Assembly: GCA_965240325.2 (NCBI GenBank)
Contig: OZ251233.1
Location: 62,001-126,000 of the forward strand
Length of the DNA stretch: 64,000 nt
Source of the DNA: Rebecca billardiae RCC1528
Taxonomy: Eukaryota; Protista; Haptophyta
Reading direction: 5' to 3'
Shown: piece by piece, positions 44,870 to 56,657 of the stretch
How the letters are laid out: each line of letters begins with the position of its first letter
How positions within the stretch are numbered: position 1 is the first letter of the stretch
Position numbers and translations under genes: made by a program
The notes under the pieces: model-generated
What the model was told of the DNA's origin: nothing
The model's database searches: none
Seen by the model: only the letters and a program-made list of their open reading frames with translations

Positions 44870-47290
44870 TCAGGATGGTCCGGACTGCTGCTTGGCCGCG
44901 TACTGCTCGGCGACGAGGTCGTCGAGGTAGCGCTCGCGCGCCTCGAGCCGCTGCTTCTGCTCCTCCTCGTACAGCGACTCGGCCATGTCCGTGGGCAGCC
45001 GCACGCCCTCGTACGTGAGCGAGGCGCACGAGTAGCGCGCGCGCGCCCGCAGCGGCAGGTCGTCCGCTTTCTCGAGGATCAGCCGCGCCTGGGGGGTGGG
45101 GGGGGGAGGGCGCGGTGGGCGCGCGCAGGGGTGAGCCGCGGGCGGCGGGACCGGCGCGGGGCCCGCGCGTGCGCGTGCGGCCGTGCGCGCGGGCCAAGGC
45201 CTTGTGCACAGCGTGCGCGGCGCGGTGCGGCGCGTGCGCGTGTGCGCGTGTGTGTGCGCGCGCGTGTGTGCGCGCGTGTGCGCGCGTGTATGCGCGCGTG
45301 TATGTGCGCACCTTGTTGAGCAGCCACTGCGCCTGCGCGCTCTGCTGCACCTCCTCGTACACGTTGGAGAGCTGAGCGATCAGCAGGTTGAGCAGCAGCA
45401 CCGTGCCGAGCAGCACGAACCCGACGAACACCACGATCAGCGCCCACGACGCCGTGTACAGCTCGATGTCGAAGTCGCCCACGAGCATATTGAAGACGAG
45501 CAGCCCGACCAGCACGAGCGGAGAGACGCCCGCGCCGTCCGCGTGCTCCGCCAGCGCGGCCGCGCCCGGCGTGGGCATCAGCAGCACGTAGAACTGCGGG
45601 GCGCAAAGGGCGCGGGCGCGCGCGCGCGCGTGAGCGCGCGCAGCCGGGCCGCCAGGCGCGGCGCGCCGCGCGCGCACACGCCGCGCGCGTGCGCGTGCGC
45701 GCGTGCGCGCGCGTCTGTGTGCGCGCGCACCGCGTGCGTGAACCCCGCGTAGATGGCCGCGACCACCACCAGGAAGATGGTGAACTCGGAGAGCATCTTG
45801 ACGATGATCGAGACGTAGTGGCCGTACTTCTCGAAGAGGCCGACGTACTTGAGCAGCCGCACCCACACGAACAGCGCGGAGAACGCCTGCAGGCAGGTGA
45901 GCGTGCTCGCCTCCGCCGCCAGCGCCATCCCCAGCCCGGCCAGCAGGTCGCAGCTCTCGTACGCCACCAGCAGCGAGTACGTCAGCAGCTCGACGGGGTT
46001 CCACTTGTCGATGAGCCAGATCTTGGGCTTGTGCACGAGGCTGTACAGCTCGTACGCGAAGAGCAGCGCCGCCCAGACCAGGATCAGCGTCGCGGGCAGC
46101 ACCTCCCAGCCGAGCGAGTGCGTGTCCGCCAGCCGCGGGGGCGTGAACCAAGTGTCCAGCACCACCGCACCCGTCAGCAGCAGCGCGGCGCCAAAGTCGA
46201 AGATGGCGCCCTGCCGCGCGTACAGCGTCCAGTGGTGCTGGATGTACCGGCGCACCACCGGCGCCTCCAGCGCCTCGATGCTCCCCGTCTTCACCGCCAC
46301 CTCGAGCAGCGACATGCCGCCCACGTGGTTCTTCCAGGGGCCCACGTCGCCGTCCGAGAACCAAAAGTTGAGCGGCGGCTTCACCGTCGCGTGGTCGAGC
46401 CAGGTGAAGTCGAAGTTGACGGTCTTGGTCGCAGAGACCTCGTCCTTGATCAGCTCGCGCCGCGAGCGCAGGCACTCCACCACCAGCGTCTTCGAGATGT
46501 TGAAGCCGTCGTCGAGCAGCAGGTGCGCGGGCGTGAGCAGCCCTGCGGAGGGGCGCAGCACGTCCGCGCCGTTGCGCACCAGGAAGCGCACCACCTCGGA
46601 CTGGCCGTACACGCACGCGAGGTAGAGCGGCGTCGTGCCGTTGATGTCGTACGGGTCCGGGTTCGCGCCGTGCGTCAGCAGCAGCTCGCCCACCTTGAAG
46701 TAGTTGCCCATGTCCTTCTGCGACACCCAGTGCAGCACCGAGTAGACCAGCTCCACGTTCTCGCCCGGGTCAAACGCCGCGCGCACGGTGTCGGGGCCGG
46801 CCCTCTTGAGGAGGCTCTTGAGCTGGGCGAGGCGGTGCTCCGAGAGGGTCGTCGGCATGACCGTCCCGCCGTCCCGCCCGCCGTTGTTCACGCCCGCCGC
46901 GCTGAGCAGCTCGTGCCACGCGGCCTTGTCCGGGCGCGTGCCGCCCTTGCGCGTGCTGCTGGGCGGCGTGGGCGGGGTGCCCTCGAGCACGAGCTGCTTG
47001 CTCTGCTCGGGATAGTAGAAGATCTGCTTCTTCTCGTTATCGTCCAGCCCCTGCAGCCGCACCATGTCGTTGATGCGGCCCATCACCGTGAACGTGAGCT
47101 CGCGCTGCCGGTGCAAGACCTTGGCGCCGATCTGGAAGCGGTGGCGCGACGCGTCGAAGGGCTCGACCTGGCCGAGGGCGGAGGGGACGTCGTTCTCGAA
47201 CGTGTACCCGAGCATCTCCTCGAGCTGCATGTGCTCGTTCCGGTCGACGCCATAGATCAGGCGAAAGAGGGCGTCGCTGATGGCCATCAT
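44870..47290 (-). CDS. Ankyrin-repeat TRP-like cation channel, 3 exons (47290-45731, 45593-45312, 45088-44870)
   Basis: Ankyrin motif GTTPLYLACVYGQSEVVRFLVRNGADV; multi-TM region with WVRLLKY..FEKYGHYV, MLVGDFD pore segment, LLLNLLIAQLSNVYEEV and TRP-box-like WLLNKARLIL. Introns 45594-45730 and 45089-45311. Confidence 0.9.
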
Positions 47291-47609
47291 GATGGATGGG
47301 CACGGGCTCGGCGCGCGGCCGGCCGGCGAAGTTGGCCGCGCGCAAGTCGGCCGGCCGTGGGTAGTCGTCGGCGCGCGGAAAAGGCGGTGGCGGTTTCACC
47401 AGCTCTGCGCCGGCTGGCCCTCCAGCGGCGGGGTTGGCAAGTAAACTACCCAAGTCAAGGGACATCAAGGATGGCGGCCGCGTCTCCGCGCGTCTAGGTG
47501 GCCTGCCTTCCCCCCGGCCTGCGCGCCCCGGAGAGGCGTCCGCGCCGCGTCGATATCGCGCGCGCGTGCTCGCGCACGCCGTGCGCCCCGCGGCCCGCAC
47601 GCCGCGCGG

Positions 47610-49472
47610 ATGCACCCGCGCAGCCCGTACACCGCGCGCTCGCCCGACTTTGCCGAGCTCGCGCGCGCGCACCCGCCGCTGCGCCGCTTCCTGCGGCGCG
47701 CGGCGCGCGGCTCGGCGTTCACGCACACGCTCGACTGGGCCGACCAGCGCGCCCTCGCCGAGCTCGCGCGCGCGCTCCTCCTCCGCGACTTTGGCGTGCG
47801 CTGGCAGCTCCCCGCCGGCCACCTGTGCCCCGCCGTCCCCTCGCGGCTCGACTACGTCCTCTGGCTCGAGGACCTGCTCGGCCTCGGGGCCGAGGGGGGG
47901 CGCGCGCCCGTGCGCGGCCTCGACATCGGCACCGGCGCGTCGTGCATCTACCCGCTCCTCTGCGCCGCGCGCCACCCCGCGTGGACGCTCGTCGGCACGG
48001 ACGTGCAGCCGGCGGCGCTGCGCGCGGCGCGCGCCAACGTGGCGCGCAACGGCTGGGAGGCGCGGATCCTGCTCCGCGACGCGCGCGGCGCGGGCGGCCT
48101 GCTCGCGTGCGCCGCCGACGACGGCCCGTTCGGCTTCGTCATGACCAACCCGCCCTTCTACGCGAGCGTCGAGGAGGCGGCCGCGCGGCCGCACCCGCTG
48201 AGCGGCGTGCGCGCGGGCGCGGACGCAGAGCTGGCGACCGAGGGCGGCGAGGCGGGGTTCATCGCGCGGCTGGTGCGCGAGTCGGCCGCCGAGCGCGCGC
48301 GGCTCGGCTGGGTTAGCTCGCTCGTCGGGCGCCACGCCTCGCTCGCGCCCGTCCTCGAGGCGCTCGGCGTGCCGGCCGACGGCGGCGGCGGCGCGCGGCC
48401 GTCAGACGACGCGCGCGGCACGAGCCGGGGCGCCGTGCGCGGCGCGGAGGTGTTCGTGCGCACGGCCGCGTTCCGCCGGGGCGAGACGACGCGCTGGGCG
48501 GTGGCGTGGACGTTCGACGCGGCCCTCGCCGAGCGCGCGGGGCCCGCGCTGGTGCCGAGCGCGCACGCGGCCGCGGGCGGCGCGCGGCGCAAGAAGCGAG
48601 CGCGTGCGCACGCGGCCGGCGCGCCGGCGGAGGCGGCGGCGGAGGCGGCGCCGTGGGAGCACGCCTTCGCGGTGGACGCGGCGGCGCTGCTGCCGCCCCC
48701 CGGCGCGGCCGACGGCGCCGCCCCTCGCGCCACGCCGCCGCAGCCGCCGCGCCTGGCCGCGGCGTGCGCCGAGGCGCTCGCGCGCGTGCGCTCATCGCTC
48801 GCAGACGCGGCGGCCGCGCTGCGGGCGCAGCCGGGCGGGCGCGCGCTGAGCTGGGTGGAGGCGGCGGCGCTGGCCCACGGGGGCACCGCCGGGGCCCACC
48901 TCCTCGCGCCCGCCGTGGCGCCGGCACTCGCACCCGCCGCTGCACTCGCACCCGCCGCTGCCGCTGCCGAGCGACCGGCCGCGCGGGCCGCGGACGGCGC
49001 GGCGCCCGCCGCGGAGCGCGCGCGCGCGGCGTCGAGCTCGGGCGGCGAGACGGCGGTGGTGGGCACGTTCAGCGTGACCGAGCGCGACGACTGCGCCGCC
49101 GAGCACTCGCCGCCGCCGGCGCGCGACGCGCGCGCGGCCGAGTGGCGCGCGACCCTGACTGTGGAGGCAGCACCGCGCGGCGCGCATGGCGCGCGCGCGC
49201 CGGCGGAGGACGGGCGCGAGGAGCAGGGCGGGGCGGGGAGTGCGCGCGACGTTGCTCTCGGCACCATCGTCGTGCGCATGCGCGGCGCCGCCGCCCCGCC
49301 GCTCGACGCCACCGCGCGCGCGGCGTGTGAGCGCGCGCGCATGCGCCTCTTTGCGCGGCTGCGTGCGGACGTGCTCCGGACCAACCGGCGGTGGCGGCGG
49401 CGCGCGGCGGGCGGGGCGGGCGATGGGGGCGCCGCGCGCGAGCCGCGCGCCGCCGCGCCGTCGGCCGGCTGA
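47610..49472 (+). CDS. METTL16: METTL16/RlmF-family RNA adenine-N6 methyltransferase
   Basis: MHPRSPY, PDFAELA, LCPAVPSRLDYV, GLDIGTGASCIYPLL, MTNPPFY, GGEAGFI, GETTRWAVAWTF. Confidence 0.92.
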   Translation: MHPRSPYTARSPDFAELARAHPPLRRFLRRAARGSAFTHTLDWADQRALAELARALLLRDFGVRWQLPAGHLCPAVPSRLDYVLWLEDLLGLGAEGGRAPVRGLDIGTGASCIYPLLCAARHPAWTLVGTDVQPAALRAARANVARNGWEARILLRDARGAGGLLACAADDGPFGFVMTNPPFYASVEEAAARPHPLSGVRAGADAELATEGGEAGFIARLVRESAAERARLGWVSSLVGRHASLAPVLEALGVPADGGGGARPSDDARGTSRGAVRGAEVFVRTAAFRRGETTRWAVAWTFDAALAERAGPALVPSAHAAAGGARRKKRARAHAAGAPAEAAAEAAPWEHAFAVDAAALLPPPGAADGAAPRATPPQPPRLAAACAEALARVRSSLADAAAALRAQPGGRALSWVEAAALAHGGTAGAHLLAPAVAPALAPAAALAPAAAAAERPAARAADGAAPAAERARAASSSGGETAVVGTFSVTERDDCAAEHSPPPARDARAAEWRATLTVEAAPRGAHGARAPAEDGREEQGGAGSARDVALGTIVVRMRGAAAPPLDATARAACERARMRLFARLRADVLRTNRRWRRRAAGGAGDGGAAREPRAAAPSAG

Positions 49473-49868
49473 TGCGCCGGCCGCGCGGCGCACAATCCGC
49501 GCTGGCCGGGCGGCCAGCGGCCATGGGCCTGGGCGTCAAGTTCCGGCCAGCCTTGGCACAGCGACCGCCGACCCAAACTGAAAAGAGTCGCGTCCCCGTT
49601 CGTGCCGGCCGGGCGCGTTCAGGTTGCCCGTTCGCGCGGCGAAATATTATTGCGCGCCCGCCGCTGCACGGCGGGTTTGGCGCCTTGTGGCCGGCACCGT
49701 GCCGCAAACCGTCACACATCCGTTCGGCCTCGAAGCGCTCCGAAGCTCAGCGCGACGACTCGAAGCTGCAGCTGGAATCCGCTTGGCGCCCGTCCAGCGC
49801 TGGTCCAGCCCGGCACAGCGGGGCCGCCACCGCAGCGCAGCCGCGGCGGACGCGGGAATCCACGCGCG

Positions 49869-52724
49869 ATGCGCTCGGATCGCGTGGGCGTGCGCTCGCG
49901 CGCGCGGGGGGGCGTCGTCGCGCTCGCTCTCCTCGCCCTCGCCGGCGCGCCGCCCGCCATCGCGATGCAGTGGCCCAAGCTGGGCGCGCGCGCGCCGCCG
50001 CCGTCGCCGCCGCCCAAGCGCGCCGCCTGGGGCGTGCCGCGCGCGCGCGCCGCGCGCGCGCGCGAGGCGCCCGAGCCGAGCGAGACGTGGGTCTCGAGGC
50101 TCAAGTCGGCGCCCTCCGCGCTCGCCGAGCGCGCGCTCGACCGCCTCCGCCAGCCCGTCACCATGCCCACCTGGCTCGCCGGCTCGGTCGGCGGCACGGC
50201 GCTCGCGGCCGCCGTGGCGGGCGCCGTGGCGTTCCAGCACGCGGAGGCGCCGACCGAGCTGGAGAAGCAGGTGGTGCTGTTCGGCGACGTGCTGCGCACC
50301 GTGCAGGACGGCTACGTCGAGCCCGTCGACACGCGCGCCCTCTTCGAGCGCGGCACGAACGCGATGCTGCACTCGCTCGACCCGTTCACCGAGTTTGAAA
50401 ACGCGGACTCCAAGGTGGGGGGCGGGGCGGGGCAGCGGGGGGACGCACGCACGCGCGTCCGAGGCCGAGCGGGGGAGGCGGGGCGCTGCCGCGCGCCGCC
50501 ACGCCGCGTGCCCGTGCGTGCGCGCTGCCGCCGCCTGCCGGCCGCCGCCCAGCCGCCAACCCCCCCGCCCCTTCCCGCCCGGCAGGCGGACCTCGACCTG
50601 TTCACGATGGCCAACTACGGCGGCGTGGGGCTGGGCATCGGCGTCGACCCGTACTACGGCGCCGATCCCGCCCGCCCGCCCTCGGAGGCGGCGCTGCTGC
50701 CGCGCGCGGGGCCCGACGGCCTGCGCGTGGGCCGCGCGGTGCTGGTGCGCGAGGCGCGCGAGGGCTACGCGTATGACGACGGCGTGCGCGTGGGCGACCA
50801 CATCCTCGGGATCAACGGGGAGCCCGTGGCGGGCAGGCGGCTGGACGACGTGATGGCCGCGCTGCGCGGAGAGCCGGGCACCGCCGTGCAGGTGGCGCTC
50901 GCGCGCGACGGCGAGGCGCCGGACGCGCAGCTGCCGTTCGGGGCGACGCGCGCGGCCACCCTGCGCCGGCAGCGCGTGCTGCTCCCCTCGGTGCCATTCG
51001 CCGCGCTCGCGCCGATCGGGGAGGGCGCGTCCGCGGGGTTCATCAAGCTCGCCTCCTTCTCCGCCATCGCGCCCGCCGAGATGCGCGCGGCGCTGCTGCA
51101 GCTGCAGGCGCAGGCCGCGCACTCGGGCAGCTCGATGGACGCCCTGGTGCTGGACCTGCGCGGCAACACGGGCGGGCTGCTGAACGCGGCGCTGGCGGTG
51201 GCAGAGCAGCTGCTGCCGCACGGGAGCCCGATCGTGAGCACGCAGGGGCGCACGTCCGAGACGCGCGTCACGTACGCGTCGCGCGGCGCGCCGCTCGTCC
51301 CGCCCTCCACGCGGCTGGCCGTGCTGGTCGACGAGCGCACCGCCTCCGCCTCCGAGATCGTGACGGGCGCTGTCCAGGACCTGGACCGGGGGCTGGTGGT
51401 GGGCACGCGCACGTACGGGAAGGGGTTGGTGCAGTCCGTGATGCCGCTGCCGTACGACACCGAGCTCAAGGTCACCATCGCCAAGGTGGGCGCGCGCGCC
51501 GCGCGCCCGCCCGCCCGGCGCGCGCCGCCGCCTGCGCGCGCCCTCACGCCCCCACGCGCCCACGCGCCGCGCCTGCCTGCCCGCCGCCGCGTGCGCGCGC
51601 GCGCCGGCTGCCGCCGCCGCCAGTACTACACCCCCTCGGGCCGCTGCATCCAGCGCCTCGCGTACGACGGCAACGGCGGCGTGCTGCAGCCCGTGGCCGC
51701 GGGCGCGGACTCGGCGGCACCCACCGCCGCGGGCGGCGGCGGCGGCGGCGGCCCCGAGAGCGGCGGCCCGGGCAGCAGCGCGCCGCCCGGCGGCGGGCGC
51801 GCCGTGCCAGAGGCGAGCCGGCGCGCGTTCAGCACACGGCACGGCCGCTCTGTGCGCGACGGCGGCGGCATCGAGGCGGACATCCCGCTGCCCTCGCGCA
51901 GGCCCGGGCCGCTGGAGCGCCAGCTGGCCGAGTCCGACGTCTTCTTCGCCTTCGCCGCGCAGCTCGCGCGCGAGCAGCCCGCCGACGGCGCGGCGGCGGC
52001 GGCTGCGCGCTCAGCGGCCGCCTCGCTGCCCAAGGCGGGGGAGCCTGTGGACGCGGCGAGCGCGGGCGAGGGCTTCAAGGTCACGCCCGCGGTGCTCGAG
52101 CAGTTCGAGGCGTTCGCGACGGAGCGGCTGGGCGCGCTGGGCGTGCAGCTGCAGAGCCCGGCCGAGGCCAAGCTCGACGCGCTCGAGGCGTCCCTGCGCG
52201 AGGAGGACGGCTTCGACAGCGCGCAGCTGAGCGCGCAGCTGCCCGCGCTCAGCGCGGCCCGGGAGCAGGCGCACGCGCGCTTCGTGGGCGCGCTGCGCGG
52301 CGCGGAGCGGGAGTCGATCTCGCGCCGGATCGTGCACGCGGTCGACTCGCGCGTCGCGCCGGAGCGCGTGCTCCTCCTCCGCGCGCTCCGCGCCGACCCC
52401 CAGCTCGACGCCGCGCTGCTGACGGTGCGCGACGCGGACACGTACCTCAAGCACTTTGGGCCCGCGGCGCCCTCGCTGCTGCAGGAGGGCGCGCTCGGGC
52501 CGGGCGAGCTCGCGGCCGCGTCGAGCGCGCCGGCGGGGACGGCGCCGGCGGAGGAGGGGCCGTCGTCGCGCGCGGCCGCGGAGGCTGCGCCGCGGCCCGC
52601 CGCGGCGGCGCGGCGCGGCGCGCTGCGAGCCGAGGGCGGCGCGGCGGAGCCGCTCGCGGCGGCGGCTGGCGCCGAGGGGGCGGGCGCCGCCGCCGCGCCG
52701 CGCGGGCCGGTGCTCCAGTGCTGA
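49869..52724 (+). CDS. ctpA: S41A C-terminal processing peptidase with PDZ domain, 3 exons
   Basis: SLDPFTEF, YGGVGLGI, VLDLRGNTGGLL, TASASEIVTGAVQDLDRG, TYGKGLVQ, KVTIAK|YYTPSGRCIQ. Introns 50415-50585 and 51486-51623. N-terminal signal-like segment. Confidence 0.92.
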   Translation: MRSDRVGVRSRARGGVVALALLALAGAPPAIAMQWPKLGARAPPPSPPPKRAAWGVPRARAARAREAPEPSETWVSRLKSAPSALAERALDRLRQPVTMPTWLAGSVGGTALAAAVAGAVAFQHAEAPTELEKQVVLFGDVLRTVQDGYVEPVDTRALFERGTNAMLHSLDPFTEFENADSKVGGGAGQRGDARTRVRGRAGEAGRCRAPPRRVPVRARCRRLPAAAQPPTPPPLPARQADLDLFTMANYGGVGLGIGVDPYYGADPARPPSEAALLPRAGPDGLRVGRAVLVREAREGYAYDDGVRVGDHILGINGEPVAGRRLDDVMAALRGEPGTAVQVALARDGEAPDAQLPFGATRAATLRRQRVLLPSVPFAALAPIGEGASAGFIKLASFSAIAPAEMRAALLQLQAQAAHSGSSMDALVLDLRGNTGGLLNAALAVAEQLLPHGSPIVSTQGRTSETRVTYASRGAPLVPPSTRLAVLVDERTASASEIVTGAVQDLDRGLVVGTRTYGKGLVQSVMPLPYDTELKVTIAKVGARAARPPARRAPPPARALTPPRAHAPRLPARRRVRARAGCRRRQYYTPSGRCIQRLAYDGNGGVLQPVAAGADSAAPTAAGGGGGGGPESGGPGSSAPPGGGRAVPEASRRAFSTRHGRSVRDGGGIEADIPLPSRRPGPLERQLAESDVFFAFAAQLAREQPADGAAAAAARSAAASLPKAGEPVDAASAGEGFKVTPAVLEQFEAFATERLGALGVQLQSPAEAKLDALEASLREEDGFDSAQLSAQLPALSAAREQAHARFVGALRGAERESISRRIVHAVDSRVAPERVLLLRALRADPQLDAALLTVRDADTYLKHFGPAAPSLLQEGALGPGELAAASSAPAGTAPAEEGPSSRAAAEAAPRPAAAARRGALRAEGGAAEPLAAAAGAEGAGAAAAPRGPVLQC

Positions 52725-52866
52725 GTGAAGCCTGCTGACTGCTCAGGCGGTGCGGGGGGAGGCACGGCATGCCGAGTGCGCGCAGTCGCGCGGCTGGGGG
52801 AGCCATCAGCGGCATTCGCGCCGCCGCCGCATTCTGTCCGATCGGAGATTGGGCTCCGGTCACTGT

Positions 52867-53783
52867 CCGGGACGTCCAGCAGGGGTGCATTCAGACTCTC
52901 TGGGGGGTCTGGGGGGGGCTCCCCCCAGCCGATCGAAGGACCAAATACGCCTCAATAAGGCCCCAACTCGCCAGAATTCGCATAGCAGACCGTGTTCGCT
53001 GGTGTTGGCTGAGGGCTGCGTCGTGCGGCGTCGGCTCTGCGCCGGGCGGCCATGACGCATTACACACAGCCCCGATATCGGCGCCTCCCTCGCGAGTCAA
53101 GACGTAGCGCAGTGCAGGATCGAGCAACGCATTGACCGCTGCGGCGCACCGCGCAGGCCACGCCGCACCTCAGCACTCGCGAACAAGCTCTGAGCCAGCC
53201 AGCTGTGGCAGTCCTCTGAGGAGCTGCAGCCAAGCACGAGCTCGTGCGCATACCCGTGGCACCACGAGCTGACGGCGCGGCCCGGGGCGCGAGCAGCTAG
53301 AAGCCGACAAGCTCATGCGCACGCCCGCACCGCCGCGAGGTGTGGCCGCCGGCGCGAGCAGCTCGACGCGGACAGCGCGCAGCTTGCTCGAGTCGACGAG
53401 CAGCTTCTCGCCCATCGGTGACTCTCAGTGCACGAAGGTGCACCCGAGGCGCGAGCGCGACAGGGTGCCGCGGCCAACCAGCGGATGCGCCCGGATCAAG
53501 GCCTCCCAAGACGTCTCATCTCCTCGCCCGCTCCGCGGAACTCCATCGTGCGGGAGACCGGTCCGGGAGGCCAAAAAAAAGTTCAGCACGATGGAGTCCT
53601 CCGTGTTCGGCTGTGACGACGCGTTCAAGGACAAATAAACATACGAAATCGTCTGCGGCTTCGGTTTTGAACCTGCGGCTTCGTCCGCCGCCCCGGAGAT
53701 CTTTCGATTGGTACCCTCATCGCTCCCTGGCTCCCAGGGGTTCGTCTAAATGCACCCCCCCATAGGGTCAGTGGACGTCCCTG
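52867..53783. mobile_element. Degenerate TIR element with 5-bp TSD (ACTGT)
   Basis: ACTGT|CCGGGACGTCCA..ggggtgcattcagac ... gtctaaatgcacccc..TGGACGTCCCTG|ACTGT. Confidence 0.65.
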
Positions 53784-54128
53784 ACTGTGGCTGGAGCCAT
53801 TGATCGGATGATCGGACTCGGAGTCGTCGGAGGGCATGACTCACCGAGGGCATCCTTCCGATCCTTGCGAGCAAGGACGATGCATGATGAAGTAGTAGTA
53901 CTCGTGCTTACTGGTACCCGCCCACATTACGCAGGGATCGGGCGCGAGCCAATCATCGGGCACGAGCGACCCGCTTCCTAGTCGCCGGGTTTCGGCGTCG
54001 AAAGTGACGGCCGGCGCTCGGGAGCCCCGGATCCGCAAATCCCTGTTCAAAATGCGCGCCGGATTTATTCACCGCCTGAACATCCGCGCGTCACACGCCG
54101 GCAGGCATCAACGAACACAGCCGTGGCG

Positions 54129-55699
54129 ATGATGCAGGCGCGGATCGCGCTGACGGCGCTGCTCGCGCTGCTGGGCGCGTGCGCGGTTGGCGCGAGGCAC
54201 CGCGACAAGGACAACTCGCCCTCCCACTCCGCCCCCTCCTCCGCCCCGGCGCCCTCCGGCCCGCTCCGCCTGCCGCCGCGCGGCTCTGGTTCGTGCGTCG
54301 TCTCGCAACAAATCGAGAACGCGTTCAGCAAGCTCGACGTGAAGGGCGAGCTGAACAACCACGACATCGAGCTCGACAAGAAGGAGGAGGCGCGGCCGGA
54401 GGGTGCGTCCCCGCGCGCCTCGCGCGGCGTCGGCCGGCGCGTGCGCCCTCGCACGCCGCCGCGTCCCGCCGCCGGCGCGCGCGCTCACGGCCGCCCGCCC
54501 GGCGCGCGCCGCCGCGCGCAGGCACGATCGAGGTGACGCTGAACATCCCGTGCCCGCGCGAGGCCTCCGAGCTGGCCGAGCCGTTCTCCTTCGCCATGCA
54601 GTCCCCCAGCCCCCTGCTCATCCAGCCGCAGGAGGACCTCACGATCAAGGCGGCCAAGGTGGTGAAGGTGCAGGTGGACAAGCTGCAGCTCATGCTGCGC
54701 ACGCCCACGCCCATGGACGTCGACGGCGCCGAGTTCTCCAAGGGTGTGCGCGCGGGCGCGGGGCGCGAGGGCGGGCGCGAGGGGCCGTGCGCGCCGGGTG
54801 CCACGCCGCTCACCGTGCGCGCCGCCGCCGTCCCGCGTTTGCGTGCGTTTGCGCGTGTGCGTTTGCGCGCGCGCGTCTGCAGAGGAGGGGCTGCACATGC
54901 AGGTGGTGAGCGGGACCGCCACGGCGATGGGCCACTCGTTCGAGCTCACCGGCTTCGAGACGACCGTCCCGTTCAACGGCTACTTTGACCTCGTCCCCGT
55001 GGGCGACGGCCGGCAGGAGATGGTGCTGCACCTCACCGACTTCTTCGCAAAGTTCATCGTCAAGGTGGATGAGCCGGAGATCGGTGCGCGCACAGACCGC
55101 ACCGCGCGCAGGCACGCACGCGCACGCAGACGCAGACGCACAGACGCGCGCACCCACGCACGCGGCACTGAGGGCACGCACGCACGTGGGGCGGAGCGCA
55201 CGCGCGAGGGAGGGCGTGGGGCCGCGAGCGCGCGCGCGCGCCCGCGCGCACCACGCCGCCGCCGTGCTCCGACCCCTCTCCCCGTGCCGTGCGGTGGTGT
55301 GCGGTGGTGTGCCGTGCCGCGGGGTGCGCAGACGGCTACTTCACCGTGACCGGCTTCATCTCCGCGTTCGGCGCGATGCCCGCCTCGCTCAAGGAGGAGC
55401 TGGCGGCGCACGCGGCGCGGCGCGTGCTGCGCGGGCTGGGCGCGCGCGCGGCCGCGCTTGCGGCGGCGGCGATGGTGGCTGCGGTGCTCGTGGCCGCGGC
55501 CGTGCGCTCGCTGCGCCGCCGGCTGGGCTCGGAGGCGCAGCAGCAGGGCTCACTGCTGCAGCCGGCGGCTGGCTCGGCGGTCGAGCGCGTGGCGCGCACG
55601 CTCGCGGCCGGCGCACCGGACGCGGGCGCGGCGAGCTTGAGCAGCGGGGCGGAGGCGCCGTCGGACTCGCTCGCGCACGTGGCCGCGGAGCAGCCCTGA
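54129..55699 (+). CDS. Hypothetical secreted / type-I membrane protein, 4 exons
   Basis: Signal peptide. Phase-1 GT-AG introns 54403-54521, 54744-54882 and 55084-55331 join complex, beta-strand-like exons. C-terminal hydrophobic helix. Confidence 0.8.
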
Positions 55700-56531
55700 G
55701 CAGCGCCCTCACCGCCAGGCCAGGCCGAGCGTGCAGCCGCAGGGCGCACGCAGGGCCCGGCTGCGCCGGCAGGCGGGCGCAGCGAGCGGCTGCAGGCGCT
55801 GCAGTGTGTGGCTGTGTGCCCTGCCACACGTGGTGACGGGGCTGCGGGATGCCACGGCCGCCACGGCGCGGCTGGTCGCGGGCACTGCCTGTCACAGCAG
55901 CGCGCTGCAGGCGGGTGCAGCCGCGCCGCCGCCTGAGAGTGCTGGGTGCGCCTGCCGCCCGCCTCGAGATGAGTCCGACGCCGACGGTGCCGCCCAGGCG
56001 CCCAGCGGTGAGCGGGTGAGCGGCAGGCTGCGGCAGCAGCTGGCACGCCTGGCGCCGTTGACGAATGACGAAGCACGCGCGTGCCAGTGACGTGCCTGAC
56101 GTGATGCGGCACAAGTTGGCCACAGGCACAAGCTAGTAGTAAGTAGAAACAAGACTGCTTGATATCAGCTAGTTGAGTTCCGCACAGTTGACAGTGTGCA
56201 TGACAGTTGATGATCGTCGTCAGAATATATATTATATATATTATATATTATAATAATACGACTTACTACATTATATGTACAGATAGTACTGCTTAAGCAG
56301 TCGACTACGAAGTCGAAGACGACTACATACTAATAAGCAAGGCTACTGGCGGCCGACCCCATCACCATCCATCACGGGCCCCGCCACAAAATATATATGC
56401 TGTGCATGTGAGTCATGTGCATCTCTCTGACAGCATCTCGGAGTAGTCGGACCCTCCGCCGTCTGCGCCTCGTCAGCTGGTGCCCTGCAGAGCCTCTGAG
56501 AGGGCCGGCAGAGGCAGAGGACGCGGCACGC

Positions 56532-56615
56532 CTACTCCTTCAGCGCCTGGCGCAGCATGGCACGCATCTCCTCCACCTCGTCGGTCCCCGAGGACTTCGA
56601 GGCGGAGGGCTTCGG

Positions 56616-56657
<42 letters not shown>

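Noticed and set aside
50415-51623. Stop-free 3n introns (171 and 138 nt; also 189 nt at 35152) as regulated intron retention
   Set aside because: About a third of introns are 3n by chance, and GC-rich introns rarely contain stops. Retention would split conserved motifs.
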